A stretch of DNA of 63,470 nucleotides, counting the filler, from Intoshia linei (lineage: Eukaryota; Animalia; Orthonectida): assembly GCA_001642005.1 (NCBI GenBank). It is 5 parts of 5 records of this genome, joined end to end, with 100 filler letters (N's around TTAATTAATTAA, not from the genome) between each part and the next. Parts side by side here need not be neighbours in the genome. Positions count along the whole stretch, not along the records: positions 26,765 to 42,533 come from LWCA01000898.1; positions 42,634 to 54,143 come from LWCA01001173.1; 3 more parts are not named here. One strand, 5' to 3'. The position numbers were made by a program, and so were the translations under genes. Positions 34,871 to 50,150 of this stretch are shown here, piece by piece; position 1 is the first letter of the stretch, and every line of letters starts with the position of its first letter. A model generated the notes under the pieces. That model was not told the origin of the DNA. It saw only the letters and a list, made by a program, of their open reading frames with translations, and made no database searches.

Positions 34871-37800
34871 TCACACACAGACAAAAAAAGCATTTTATAT
34901 AACTTAGAATGTTTCATTAATCTAATATATTATATTTATATACTTAAAGCTAAAAAACTTGATGTTATATAGTATTAATATATTAGTCCCATTCTTGTTA
35001 TGCCGTAATTGTTAAATTCACCAATAAATATATGTATAGGACATAATATACCATCTTGTTTCACAATACCCTTAAAATTACCACACCCAAAGTTGCACTA
35101 TTCTAATTAATTTTCAGATAAATCAATGATACTATTATTACACTATGACACTGATATTACATTTCAATCTACATAATGTATAATGTGATACAGACCAGAT
35201 TCAGAATAAACAGTTTAAAATATTTAATTTTAGTTAATCCATGATTGTTTTGACTCTATAAATAAATGTAGATGACAATAACCACTAACAAGTAAACCGA
35301 AGTTATTGCTTATTATAGTGTTATTTCTAATTAAAACGTCAAACATAATTTTACGGTGTTACACATTATTTTTTTGATTTTGATTTTATTAATTTACTCA
35401 GTATATTTTTTAGTTAAAATTAATTTTTTAAATGTAACTTATAGGATATGATTTTGTCAACATAAAAAACCGAGATTTATCTATTTTATTCTATATAATT
35501 ATATTATATTTATTATTCTGTAAAAACATACTTGTTTTATATACACTTAGATTCTAGAATTTAGACGTTTATAAATCGTGTTTATATATTTTTTTGCAGG
35601 TATTTTAAAGTGCCATAAAATTTAGGATAATGCTCAACATTAAACTAAAAAAATAAACCTAATTTAACATTTTAATTTTTACTATTTTGATGTTTAATGG
35701 AGAGAATGGGACATAAATTATAAAAAATTTAACCAAATAGGGAGTTCCAATAACCCAAAAAGCAAATAACGGACACTATAGAGAATTTTCCCCTTTGCGT
35801 CATACATTTGTCTTATTTTTATTATTAATATAAATAATATTTGTCGCATACCAAAAACAATACTTACATGTTAATTTACTGCGTCGTCAATGAATTTCAT
35901 TTTGAACGATATAATTTATTTTATTATTCAATATGGTTCACTATTTAATAAAAATAAAATTCACAATTACACACTAAATTCAAAAATGGACGATTCTGCA
36001 ATATTTGTTAATGGCATAAATACAATTAATTTATCTTCGTTAAAGTTTGGCTGGTATATTTTTTGGTATGTGACAATAATCAAGTTATTCTTTAATTATA
36101 GATATTTTATTTATTACTTTTAATATAATTCAATGTCATATTTGCATATGTAAAAATTAACAACATATGCAATAAATATTTTAAAAAGAAAATTATCATA
36201 AAATATAATGACCATAATTTCACCTGATATATCTACTGTTTATCAGTTCTTTAAACCGAAAAATCAAAAATTATAATTGTTTAATTAAGAAAAAATTACA
36301 ATTTTTATATATTTTTAAATTAACATAAATATATAATAGTTAATAATGGAATACGTATACCATAGGGTGTTTCCCAATTTTTAAATTACATAATGTTCAA
36401 AAACTTTAGTATACAAAATTATTATATTGATATAGAATTTTACATTTTATATAAATTCATTTTATTATATTATATTATATATACATAACATGTTCATGCT
36501 TCGAATTTAATTTGATTTAGTTTATATATTATGAAATTTGTTATGAAACTAAATGTTTGAAGAATAAATTTTTAAAAATATACTAACTAGTAGATAGCAT
36601 AACATGACATTATCATGATGTAATTTATTTAAATTCTTTTAACTTTTAGAAATTTTAAATTATGAATTTACACACTATATAAAATAAATGATTAATATTA
36701 TTATTGAACATAAAGAAAACATCAAAAAATCCTTCTTTTATCTTCGTGACGAATATATTTTTTGAAATTTTTAATTTAATTTTAATTTTAATTATATAAT
36801 TTAAAACAATTCTGTATTACATGTTAATTTATTTATTATTACTTTCTAATGAAATTATAGTCAATATTCATAAGACTATTTACCATAGATATAAAACGGC
36901 CAGAAAAATATGTACAGTCAATTTTAGTTTATTTGGTGTTAAATATAAAGCCAATGTTACTTATCTATGATGAATAAAAATTATTGGCTTAAAATTTATT
37001 CCAAATAAACTAAAAGTGATAGTACGTATTTTTCTGGTCACTTTAATAGATAAGGTAATTAAGTAATTAAACATACATCGAACGATTCGTACATACAACA
37101 TCGCGATTATATACGTCGTAAAAACAACACCTAGCTTAGAAGAGAGACAACTTTTAATTGATTATAACTGTCATTAGGGTGTCACATTTTTTGAAAAATT
37201 TTAGAATGTGAAAGACTGAGTAGCTAGGTGGGGTGTATTTATGAAAAAAAAACAATCCGATGACTAACTCAGATTATTAAATAACTCAGAGATTGATCCA
37301 GTAACGACGTTGCATTGTTCAATTAACTAATTAACAAAAAATAGCTAAATTCAACTTTATTTTCATATTTTTCTTAATTTTTTCATACAAAAACTTAAAT
37401 TCCTGCTTCGTTTGCGGAAAAAAATTAAAAAAATTTGTATATTTAAATATATCGATATCAGCTAAATTATGTACAATTGACTATATTCTATAATATCCAA
37501 AAAAAACTTTCAAAGTTATAGTTATTATTATTATTATTTTGTTTTGGTGTTTAAACAATATTTTATAAGGTAAATTAATGTAGACACTTTTTGTTACGTT
37601 TCGAAAATTTTACTCTAATGATACAAGAGACATTAAGATTAAGACATTATTATATTTTCAAACTGCCTGTAACATATATATTTATATTCATTCATCACGA
37701 AGAGCTATACCTCTGCTATATTTTTATTAATTACTTATGCAGTTGGATGCTACACTCAAAAAACCATCATGGCACTGAATACTGAAATTTGGTTTAATAA

Positions 37801-38399
37801 AATAACGTTTATTATTATCATAATTGTTTTGAATGCTATGGTGCGCCACTTATGGCCCACCCTGTATATACTATAAATTTATAATATTTTTTACGAAATT
37901 TGGTTGTTATGAAGATAAATACTACAGATTTATCGAATGTTTTGTCATTTTTTTGTAAAAGCGCCAAAGAGTTAATAATTTTTTTCATGTTTGTATTTAT
38001 TATTATTAAGTTATAGACGTTTTATTCGAATTAATTATTTCTGATTTATATATATTTTAATACAAAAAATTTCTTTTTATCATAATTTTACCGGTTTAAT
38101 ATTCATTCTACAAGACTATATTTTTAAGTTGTATTTAATTAATTCGGCTTAGATAGGGTTAAGATTGAATTTAATTTTTTGGGATAAATGAGAAAAGTTG
38201 GCCCTTGGCAGCGTTAGCTACTGTTTGTAAATTCTAGGACTTATTTTTTAAATAGAGTTAGCACACATTCGATTGCTATTTTTTTGTACCAAATTTAAAA
38301 GAGAGTTTTAGTGAAATATTTTTGTATGAAAATTTTTAAAGAGGACAAATTTTTAATGTATTAATTATATTGATCATAGAATTTACAAATAAAAAATTG

Positions 38400-38542
38400 T
38401 CTTCACACGTTTAGGAACCATTCCTTTAAAATATTGGTAATTGTGAATAGTGGCATTTATATCCAAGATTTTATTTATTAAAATAGTCCTCCCTAGGCAG
38501 AGCTAGGTGCTTTTTGTACGAAGTACAAAACAGCCAAGCTAG
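38400..38542 (+). mobile_element. Helitron 3' end
   Basis: GGCAGAGCTAGGTGCTTTTTGTACGAAGTACAAAACAGCCAAGCTAG|T. Confidence 0.72.
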
Positions 38543-41359
38543 TAACATATACAATATAAAGTAAATAATAACTGATCAAAAAATTGCACATTAGAATATG
38601 CATTATATAGGAATAAATATAAATTGTAATACTTTTACAAGTCACTGCCAAATAAGAACCAGAATCGCAGTCTTGTGATTTGTTATCTAAAGTATAAATT
38701 ATAAATGTATGCATACAAAATGGAAGGATCAACTAAATAACTAAAAACTGTACTCAAAATATTTAATTAAATATTTTAATGATTATGAAATTAGATGAAA
38801 ATATGTATTAATTTATGGCAAGGATATACAGAAAGCATAACAATATACGGGAGATTCAAAGATAATTGTGAAAGTTACGCCAAAAATAAAATAACCTAGA
38901 ATAATATATTAATAACGTCTAAAATTCCGCTACACCTAGTTTACCAATTAAAGGCAAAATTAGAGATAAATTGACAAAGTCTTCAAATCTTCAAATCAAA
39001 AATGTACCTCATTATGAAATTCTTCGTCTATTCAAAGAAAAGTGTACATAGAGCTCTTAAAAAAATGAAAATATAGAATAAATAAGGAATTTGCGTTTCT
39101 CATTTATTGAAAATTTATGAAAATTAAGGTTAGATATATTCATTAACCGCAAAAAACTGTATTAGAAATTGGGTGTTATTTTCTAAGACTTTAAATTTTT
39201 TTAAATAAACGTTAGCAAATCCACAGATTTTTAATTTTAAATAAGTGAAAAGGATCAATTAATAAAGAATTCAGCACATTTCAAACTGGTAAAATTATTT
39301 TTAATATATACTTAAGTTTAAAATAAGGGTAGTAAAACAAATTTATATTATTTCTAGATATTGATGGTGAGACTAGCACCATGCTGAAAAAATAGCAAAA
39401 GCGTGTTACTAGTGACACGCACAGGGATTAACTCAAAACTGTGTAATAATAGAAAAGTCTACATATCTAAAATTATTTATCACTTAAAAGTAATACGCAG
39501 CTAGAAAAGAAAACAGCAAAAAAATTTTTTGACACACCAACTGAAAAGCCTTTCCAACACTGGACTAGCTTATGATGTGATGAAATATCCCAGAATTTAC
39601 ATTTTAGTTATATAAAATTGAATGTTTGTGTTTTTGTAGGTGTGTATTACTGGATATCTAAAAAGTAAACATTCATAGAATTTAAAAAAAATCCAATTGC
39701 TATTATGGTTTTTTGAGAGTTATGTCCTTCAGGGACAAAAACCTTCTTGACTTTTTTTAAATAAATCAACTCTAAACTTAAAACAAATATATACGAGGTA
39801 TATTTTAGTCATTAATATTTCGTTAATCTCGTCATTTTTTGACTTATAGCGCTTCTATTTTAAAATGACACTAACTACTAACCGTCATCAAATTGTAAAT
39901 TTTAAAAAAAAAATGAACACTCCATTATGTATAAAAACTAAAATTCTATATTTTATGTATTTACTGTATAAAATTTAAAGATATAAAATTACCTGATGGG
40001 CATATCAAAATTAATTGCAATATTGCAATAAAAATTATATTTTTTTTTATTTCAACTCCAGTTATATAAGTAAAGATTTGTTTATGTAGTCCACGATAAC
40101 GATGAAATCAAAAAAATACGGGTGTATTTTACACCTGTAGCATAGTAATTGAAATATAAATAATTATTTCTATTTTATATTACTAACTAGGTATAAACAT
40201 ATTTCAGACGAATTTTACCAATATTGCAAATAATTGTAATAAATATAAAAATCATTATAACAAAGTTTTATTACTTTTAGTTTCGTTATTGTAGTTTTTA
40301 TTTAAATTTTATTCAAAATATTTTGAAAATGAGAATTTAAAATTTAAAAATTGCGTAGAAATAAAAAAAATATAAACTAATGAATTATATAGATTTTTGT
40401 GTTTGGTCCTTTGGACAATCAACCCACTAGAATGAACTTTTAAGTTTCAACTTGTTTTTAATCAAATGTTTGAAACGAGAATGATTAGATATAAATAAAA
40501 ACATTATTAAATAAAAGATTAAATATAAAAACATTTATTATTTTAAAACTATTTAGATTTTTCTTCTAATCCATTTTTATATTTTTTTAATAACTCTGAA
40601 TCCATATCAGATTTTTTAGAATTTTTTTAGAAAACACAATAAGTGATTCAACGTTTTTTAACAAAAGAGCAAAATTATCAAAATGGTTTATTGTATTCTT
40701 TATTGTATTCAAAATATTTAATTGTAAAATAACAATTATATTAAAAATTAATTATCAAAAAATAATTTGAATATTGTATCTAATTATATCAATGATGCCA
40801 TAACACCTAAAAGATAGATTAAAACATAATACTATAGTTTCATTTATTATGCACTAGGTCATGGGTTCTTAAAATTTTTCCACTTGGCACCCCTTAAATC
40901 AATAAAATTCGATCTGGCACCCAAAAATGTAATAAACTTAAATTCGAAAAAAGTTACTAATATAACTACGCAATAAAAAATTGCTAGCTGAAATGGCTTT
41001 AAATTTGAATTAAAAAAAACCTTTGAACATAAAAACACTGTGGTTAATGCGATTTATCAAATCCGTCTACTAAGTTTAATGATAACATAATATTATGACA
41101 TAGCTTCCTTATTAACAAAGAAATATTTTTGAAAATTGACATGTGGTATAATAAGCACGTCACAATGTTGCAACCCTCAAAAAATATTTTTGAAAAATCC
41201 AAAATAAAAAAAGTTATTAATAAAATAGTTAAAATCACGGTAAATAATGTGTTCATAATTATAAAACTATGATCATAACATTCATAACAACTTAACTACG
41301 TACAAACAGTACCTAGCTCTGCCGAGGGCACATTTTATTATACCCGATTATATGTTACC

Positions 41360-42205
41360 CGATTCAAAGAAAATATAAGGCATTTTAAAAATCAAACCAT
41401 CTAAAAACAAAAGACAATTAAGATCGTTCTTGGATATGTGCAACTACCATAGAATATTTATAGTAGATTATGCATTTCTTACTGCACCTTTAAATAATTT
41501 ATTAAAACTTCCCAAAATTATATGGAATAAGAAGTTCGATCAATATATGGAAAAATTAAAAACCGTTCTAACAAATGCTCCAATAATGTCGTTTCCCAAC
41601 ACTCAGAAACCATATATACTCGAGATCGATGCGTCACATTAAGGTATGGGAGCAACCTTACGGCAAGGCAACCATGTCATAGCATACTTAAATAAAACCT
41701 TTAATACAACACAGGTACGATACATCACGTATATAAAGAACTTTTGGCAATCGTCTGGGCTATCGAAAAGTTTAAATACTATCTTTATGGTCATCATTTC
41801 ACTATAATAACTGATCAAAACCCCCTTGTCCACATTCAACAATCTAAAAACCCTACAAACCGTCAATTCCGGTGGATCGAAGGATTGGAACAATTTGATT
41901 TTACAATAAACTACAGGCCCGATCATTTAAACGATAAACGGGCAATATATTATCACGAACTGAATTTACTAAGGTTATTGTACAAAATGCTGACGTATTC
42001 AATTGGAAATATGGCCAATCGAAAGATACAGATTGTATCGAAGCCGTAAAAATACTATCACTGAACAAGAAATTGCCTAAATCAAATAAATACTATAAAT
42101 ATGAAAACAAATTAAAGGCTGAAAATAGATTCCTCTATTATTCAAGACCCAAAAAATTACTTCCAATCATAGCCATATTAGACAGATTAAATATTATCAA
42201 CCATT
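41360..42205 (+). mobile_element. Ty3/Gypsy pol fragment (RT connection - RNase H), degenerate
   Basis: LRSFLDMCNYHRIFI, LTNAPIMSFP, YILEIDAS, ELLAIVWAIEKFKYYLYGHHFTIITDQNPL, RWIEGLEQFDFTINYRP. Contains stops and frameshifts. Confidence 0.9.
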
Positions 42206-42533
42206 ATATCATCGATCTAACTTTTATTGTCACTATATTTAATCGACTGCTTTACATTCATTTTCAAAAAAAATCACCAAGAGGATCACCAAGCAATTTT
42301 ATTTGAACTATCAGTAATTATGTGTGGACCACGTTGCAAATTGCTGTTTTATACACACCAATGATATATTTTTGGATCATCGTGACGAAAAATTTTATAA
42401 TTAGCAGTAAGGCTAATATAAATATAAAATATTGAAATTACATCTGCATTAGGGTGTCCACTTTTTAAAATTTCCGTTTAATTAACAAAAGTATATTTTA
42501 CTGAACGTTCGAAATGTAATTTAGAACACAATT

Positions 42534-42633
42534 NNNNNNNNNNNNNNNNNNNNNNNNNNNNNNNNNNNNNNNNNNNNTTAATTAATTAANNNNNNNNNNN
42601 NNNNNNNNNNNNNNNNNNNNNNNNNNNNNNNNN
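42534..42633. other. Assembly gap with TTAATTAATTAA linker
   Basis: 44 N + TTAATTAATTAA + 44 N. Confidence 0.97.
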
Positions 42634-43615
42634 ATGGTTTAAGAATTGACCCTGGAAAAATAAAATCCATAACTGCATTAAAGCCTCTTAAAAATATCAA
42701 ACAGTTGCGTAGTTTATTAGGGATGTTTAATTATCAACGTCGTTTTATTCCAAATTACTCAAATATTATTGAACCTATGACGTATAATTTGAAAAAGAGC
42801 GTAATATTTAAACTATAGAATTTGGTCTTCTGCAGTACAAAATGCATTTGAATTGATAAAAACAAAAATTACTACTGCACCTATAATGTCACATTCAATA
42901 GTTAATAAACCGTTAGTGTTAGAATGTGATCCATCAGCATCTGATATTGGGGCGGTATTACTACAAGATGGACATCCTATTGAATATTTAAGCAAAAAAT
43001 TTATAGATACACAAATGAGATATAGTACAATTAATAAAGAATTCTACACAATGGTATATATTATATAGTGTTTTCAAGTTTAGGCATTATTTATTAGGAA
43101 TTATAATGTCTAAATTGGAGGAATTTGATTATACCATTATTTATAGGCCAGGTCGATTAAATTTTACGGCCGATGTTTTGTCGAGAGATTCAAAAATTAA
43201 CCAAATTTCCTTTCACGATTTTTCAAATTCATTAAATCAATCTCAAGATGATGATATCCAACACATAATAAACAAAGGCGTTAATGATATTCCTCAAACT
43301 AGTAAATAGTACAAATTAAGAAATTTATTGTAGATAGAAAATGGTAGTCTTTATCTTATGCAAAACAAATCTAAATTATACATAGTCTCTAGTGCTGATA
43401 GAATACAAGTATTAAAACATTATCATAATTTTTTTTTTGCTATTCTCACTGTGGCATCACTGAGTGTTTTCGGGAAATAAGAAAGACATTATTTTGGCCA
43501 TACATGTATAGTTACATTAAGGAATACATAAAAAAGTGTGAATCATGTAATGTGGCAAAATCTCGAAATCATTCTCGTGTAGACCCACTGAAAACTGTTG
43601 AATCAAATTACATTA
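42634..43615 (+). mobile_element. Second Ty3/Gypsy pol fragment (RT end - RNase H - integrase zinc finger), degenerate
   Basis: GLRIDPGKIKSI, QLRSLLGMFNYQRRFIPNYS, IGAVLLQDGHPIEY, LEEFDYTIIYRPGRLNFTADVLSR, YFWPYMYSYIKEYIKKCESCNVAK. Confidence 0.9.
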
Positions 43616-44029
43616 ACCCATATACTCCCAGTGTGACCATATGGTCACACAACATTACATTTATAAAAACACGTATCAAGTTAAAACAAAGTTAATTAAA
43701 TATGAAAAATTAAATTAATTAGTATATTAGTTATGAGTTTTCACCGATTAGCCTCCTGTGTCACTGACAGTGGGCCAAAATGATTTTTTAAAGCAAAAAA
43801 AAATTCACTAAAAAAATTTTTTATATTTTTTTTGTTAAAGTTGTGATAACTGAATTTAATTGAATACCATATGATGAATTCATGTATTGGCTACAATTTG
43901 ATGAAATAATTAGGTATATTGACATGCGGTTTTATATATACACGCTTTTATTTGCCTTATCTCCCAATGTGAACATATGGAATGTGAATTAACTCCATAA
44001 CTACAATTGGTAATTACCTAAAATTATAT

Positions 44030-45400
44030 ATGGTGAGAAATAGGCAAGTATGTATTAACTTTCCAAATTTTTGTAAAAATTGGAAAAATTTGTCTGGGAG
44101 TATATGGGTTAATCAAATATGGCAAGTGGATGCTGTATTATATCTTTGCAAACAAGAAATGCCATTACGTGGTCACGATGAAGGTATAAATAGCATTAAT
44201 CAAGGAAATTATAGAGAACTGTTAAAATGCTTAAGTAAAATGGATAGTTCATTTGAATCGATATTATTAACCAAAGATTGATCATATTTTACGGGTGTTT
44301 CAAGCACAATTCAAAATGATGTTATATTTTCAATAGACAAAGTCATACATAAGGAAATTTATAACGAAGTTGAATGTTGCCCTTTTATATCTGCTCAGGC
44401 TGATGAAACAACAGATTGTGCAATATATGCTCAACTATTTATTATAATTAGATGTTTATAAATCTAAAATAATTGAAAGATTTATGGGCTTTTTTGATGT
44501 CAGTAATGATAAAAATGCATTGAGGTTAGCTGATGTAATAGAATCATCTTTAATTTCCTATAGTGGAATACGAAATAAATTGATTAGTCAGACTTACGAT
44601 GGTGCGACAGTTATGTCAGGTCATATAAATGGAATTAGAGCAAAATTAAAAGATAAAGGATTTAAATATGCTTATTTCATACCCTTTTTTGCTCATAGAT
44701 TAAGTTTGGTGATTAGTAAAATTACTGAAAAGATTCATGGAGTTAAATTGTTCTTTACTCAAATTAGATCATTTAGCAAATTTTCTTCAAAAAGTACCAA
44801 ACGAAGAGCTATTTTACGCACTTATAAAATTAGCATTCCATCCGTATCTGAAACACGATGGTGTTATAGATGCCGAACAGTATCATATATAAAGAATTCC
44901 TTAAATGTATTAAAAAATGTATTCCAAGATTTTCTTAATGATAATATCATTAATTAATATTAATGAATACTCAATCATGGGATGATGATACCTTATTTAT
45001 AGCGGAAACATTGTTGGGAAAATTGAACGACTTTACCGTTGTTTTTTTAATTGTTTCGATGATATATTGTCTAATGCTAAGAAATGTACCTAAATTCAGA
45101 AATTATTGGAATATATATAAAACTGATCTATTAAATGTCTTACCAGAGAGTGTAACATGTATGGAATTATTACTCACTATCCCTATAACTTCGGTTTCTA
45201 ATGAAAGAAGTTTTTCGACGCTCAATAGAAGTAGATCATATGTGATTTGTACAATGGTGCAAGATAGACTTCAGTATGGCCAGAATATCTATTGAAAAGG
45301 AATTGTTAAAAGAAATGCAGATTAATAGAGAACTACATTCATTGGATTCTTGATGAGTTTGCCATTAAACCCATTTTATTAGAATATATGTATAAATAAT
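44030..45400 (+). mobile_element. hAT transposase (ZMYM1-like, DUF4371 + dimerization domain), degenerate with internal deletion
   Basis: YLCKQEMPLRGHDE, NQGNYRELL, ADETTD, QTYDGATVMSG, ETRW, LLTIPITSVSNERSFSTLNR. Confidence 0.9.
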
Positions 45401-48400
45401 AGTTATAGATAATAAAATTTAATTAATTGAAACAACCACAATATAATATATACAATATGTATGTATAATGTGTAATGGTTTATATCAGGTTCGGCCAGCT
45501 TTTGCATCTCTTGGGCCACTTTTTTATATCAAATAATTATATGGACCCCGATTATGAAAATTTACATATGATATATTTAATTTTAACTAAAGAGAAACGT
45601 TTTTAATTTATTTAACAAAATAAAATCCGGCAAGATCTGAAAATTTAATATTAAAATCATTATAATATAATTATAGTAGTAGAAAATTATTAAAACGGTG
45701 TTTTAACATTTAAAAATAAATAATTTAGATATTTCCTCAAAGGACCACCAAAATCATTATGTGTGCCACTTTTGTCCCGCGGACCACTGGTTGCGACCCC
45801 TCCTTTAAACCCTTGAAGTTTGGAGATCTATAGCTCTTACGTTGTCTAGTTCAAAGGATCTCAAGGTACCATATAGCTCCGTACGGGCCCACAGAAAACT
45901 TTTGGGAGCCACATGAGAAATTACACGTATACTGGGGGTGTGACAAAATTTAAAAAATTGATTTAACCAATTAACAACGTTATTAATTAAATCTTAATTA
46001 ATATTGACCATGCGATATAATGGTCAATTATACATATACTTTTTGTGTAATATTTACATAAAATACTTACCGCGCATTTTATCTTTTAAAAATATTATCC
46101 ATAAATTTTCGATTGGACTAAGGCCGGGCTACAAGCAGACGACTTTAATAAATGTCTTCCTTAATTTGATAATAACTCTGTTGTGTAATTATGTATGTGT
46201 ACCTAATACGTAAGAATCTACCAAGCTGGAGGCCACCCGAAAATAAAAAATAGATTGAAAAAAATTAGCAATCGACGCTGTCTATAAAACGAACTTCCGG
46301 TCGCATTAATTTAGGTCAAAAATATTCAATATTTTTATATTCTGTATTTTTTTATTATTACGGCTTAATATGCCAGTTAGATCTAATTAAGTTATTAAAT
46401 ACTAACTAATTAAATACTATTTTGAAATTTCATCTAGTTTCGTTTCAATAATTAAAAATGATGCAGACAAACACCCATTCGGTGAAATAAATCATGTCAG
46501 TACTTTTAAATGGTCTTTCACTCAACATAAGTTTCGTGAAGAAAAATTTGATTTCAGACAATTTATTTTATTTCAGGTGTATACTTCAGGTTTTTATTTA
46601 CTATTTTAAAAAAATTTTTTTTTATAGATAAGATTTAAATTATGTGTTTAACAAATGAATAGCTTCAACTACTAACTATAAAAAATCAAAAAACAAAACT
46701 GACATATCAATTTATTCATTATATTATGTTATTTTTGTATCTTGAGTTCATTATGTATAGTACTAAAAAAAATATACACCGTGATGCCAAGAAAAAACTA
46801 CAAATATGGTTATGACGTGAAAAGAGTTTTAAAAGTTGATTTTTGTGGACTATACAATTTCACTATCAATATGATAATAATTACAACCGATGTGATAATA
46901 ACCAAATTCAATGTAATGATTCAATTCAATCATTATGAATGAAATGGCCTTACCCTGATCAACCTTTTAAAACAATGACTAAACAAAATGTTATAAAAAT
47001 TAATTCACGTGATGAAATTTTGAACTACGAAGCAGACAAATTTATAATTTTATTATCAATTTAATCAATTAAAATTTGTAACAATTAGTTGTATCCATCT
47101 AGTATAAAAACATGGTAATATATTATACAGTCTAGTGATTAATTCAAAAACATCATTATTATGTTAATTTTACATTACATTTTCATTTGTGAAAATGTTC
47201 CAAATCAATATTGTTGTATTTGTACCTTGTATAACATCAAGTATTAAATATTAATTATGTTTAATTTGAGCACTATATGTCAGTAATGTCGATGATATTA
47301 CGTAATTATCGTTATGTATGACATAATATTTATTTTTAGTATTTCATCAAAGTTCAGTAAACGCGGATGATGGGACATCTTGGTATCTACATCAAAATAC
47401 TATAGATTAGAATAAATGGATTGAACTGACACTATGCAATTTTTAAAGTTAAAAAGGTATTATTACCGGTATTAAACAGATATATATACCTAAAGCTTCA
47501 AATATGCCCATTTTAAAAACATTTTTTAACTGTAGGCGCGTTTAAAAAAAAATCTGGATATGATGCAGAAAAACTGATTTCACCATGTTGTTCAGAATGC
47601 AAATCTCTTCCAAGTGCACTAAATTTAATTCTTGTATTTAAAAAAAGTTGTTTTTTTGTTGGACTGTGTTATTATATTTATTGCGACAATTATAATAGTC
47701 GCATACCAAAAGTGAGCGCAGGATAAGTTTCTGGTAATTAATTTGTTTTATCGTATGATACAATACGACTTGTATACAAATTTCAAAAATAAAACTAAAT
47801 AGATTGATTATAACTAGGGCAATTTTTTTTAATAATCTATTAATAAAAAATAACGTAACGACTGATTTTTAGTAACTTTAGAAAAATTTTTGTGTATAAA
47901 TCTCTAATTTCCATCTTGTTAACTTCAATCGATTAGTTTTGATTTATCTATTTTTATTTCGTACCATTTGAAAATTCAAAATATTTATATTTAAAAATTT
48001 TTTTTCTCTAAAAAAATTAACTTTTTATGTCCAGTACCTTCATTAAAAGTTTTTAATAATTCAATATCAAATATTAATTTAAATGAAGAAAAGTAAACTA
48101 TGAAAATAAATATATAATAGAGTATTTATTGGTGGGATAAAAAATTATGTATTTTTATATATGGTCAGGTGTTAATGATCTTTGTTTAGTTATCATTTTT
48201 TTAACCGACTAAAACTGCTTTCTACACTGACGGATGTAGGAGAAGCGTTGCTTAGAGAATGATATAATATTTGGGATTTCTTTGAATCTAAATTATTCAT
48301 AATGCCATATATGTCGTTTCTCTTAGAACATTTATTAATATAATATAATGTTTAATATATTCCTTTATGACAAATTACATAATACATTGTAGGCCTTTTC

Positions 48401-48893
48401 TATGCTAAATAACAAATCTTGAGCGATTTCTATTATATTAAATTAATATTAAATTAAGCGATATTAAATATAGCAGAGATAAATATGTACAATAGGGTGT
48501 CACACCCATCAAAGAATCAAGGGCAATTATCACTAAAAGTGTGTATTTTTAAAATACAAAAACTAATTCGCAGTCAAAAACATTTAACGCTATCTATTCG
48601 AGTTGCGTTTGTCATTTTAAATATCACTTTAAAATATTATGGATAAATTAAATTAAAACTGAACTTTATTTTAACGGAAATTGGCGTTTGAATACGATAT
48701 AATAGAATGAAATGAATATACTATGAATGATATATAATTATTATCTTAGGAATATAAACAACTAAGAATTGTAAATAATTTTATATTTTAAAATAATACC
48801 GTATATCCTTTTTCCATCTAACATTAATACTTTACTAAGCATATTCATGCCTTCAATAGCATATACATTTAAGAAATGAGTTTGTTCAAAATA

Positions 48894-49350
48894 TTACTTT
48901 AATGTTTTTAAAGCCATATAACATTCATTACGTTCGGATTTAATTTCATCGTAGTCTTCATTTAGTACATTGCAATGTACCAATGCATTTGTATTATTAA
49001 ATATTTCATCTTCAATGTCTATAATTGCATCATTTTCAGTATAATTAAGTCGATTAAAATCTTCAGCACTCACAGGATTAATAATGTTAGCCTTAGAGAT
49101 AAATTCCTCGTGAAAATTGGAATTTATTACCTCAGGTTTAAATTCGATGGGAATATTTTCGTCCACACTAAACGCTTTTTTAAAACAGTTCACTATCGTT
49201 TCCTGTTTTACATCACTCCATGCCAAGTGTGAATAAATAACGGCATCTTTTAAATTAAGACTCTTGTATGCTGTGTATGTATTAACTCCTGTCTCAATTT
49301 AGTTGATGATCCCATAAAGTTTTTTCTGATTAAATTTTACCTTAAATTTT
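48894..49350 (-). mobile_element. pogo/Tigger transposase C-terminal fragment
   Basis: LNLKDAVIYSHLAWSDVKQETIVNCFKKA followed by an acidic tail. Confidence 0.72.
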
Positions 49351-49429
49351 GAAAAATTTGTGGCAGTATTGAGAATTTTCCTTATAAGTTTGTTACAAAA
49401 TTGATAAGTCATGGCGATATTGAGAGGCC

Positions 49430-50150
49430 TCACTGTATAAAGCTAGAGGATATTTATCTCTGATAATTTTTGCAGCTCCTTTTCTAATTCCAGACATATT
49501 ATCTGCTTCATCAAAACAAACACCAATACAATGATTCATGTCCAACTTTAATTTTTGACAAATTTTCATTATTTCATTTGCCACAGCTTCACCTGTTAAA
49601 TTATCGAGTTTGAAAAATCCTAGAAAACTTTCAGAAATTTTGTCATCAGAAAAATATCTTAGACATAATAATAATTGTTCAACATTAGAACAGTCTGAAG
49701 CTTCATTACCCCTCAAGAGGAAGTATTTTATTTTTTTTATGATACTTTTTTGAATATCTTTGGAACATATTTCTATAATTTCATTTTGAATAGTTTTAGA
49801 AACATATTTTGCAGTTTTTGGGGCTGTTTCCAAATAATTTCTCAAAATTTGATCTCCAGAATCGCAACGAAATCTGAAAAGTTGTAGAAAATTACCTTGG
49901 TCATTTTCAGGATCACAGTTGATATCAAAATTATTATTCCTGTGTTCTCTTAAAGTGATATTTTGTTTACCACAAAATATAATGGTTTTTATTATACTTG
50001 AGAGTTTCATACGATTGTTTTATCTTATTTTCTTGATGCTAGAATCTAATTGTTCTACAATACTTGATTGTTTATTTTTCATTATTTCTAGGAAATTGTT
50101 TCTTAACTCAATGCAATCTTGATGATGATTTGACTCATCATGTTTTTTTA
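49430..50150 (-). mobile_element. hAT transposase fragment (THAP12/PRKRIR-like, DUF4371)
   Basis: IIFCGKQNITLREH, DQGNFLQLFRFRCDSGD, AKYVSKTIQNEII, EQLLLCLRYF, CFDEADNMSG. Confidence 0.88.

Noticed and set aside
34392-38542. A second complete 4.1-kb Helitron
   Set aside because: The ends are in the right orientation, but over 3 kb of unrelated sequence separates them and fragments are so dense that chance pairing is likely.
46450-47480. Possible degenerate exons on the plus strand
   Set aside because: Candidate frames contain stops and there is no identifiable domain.
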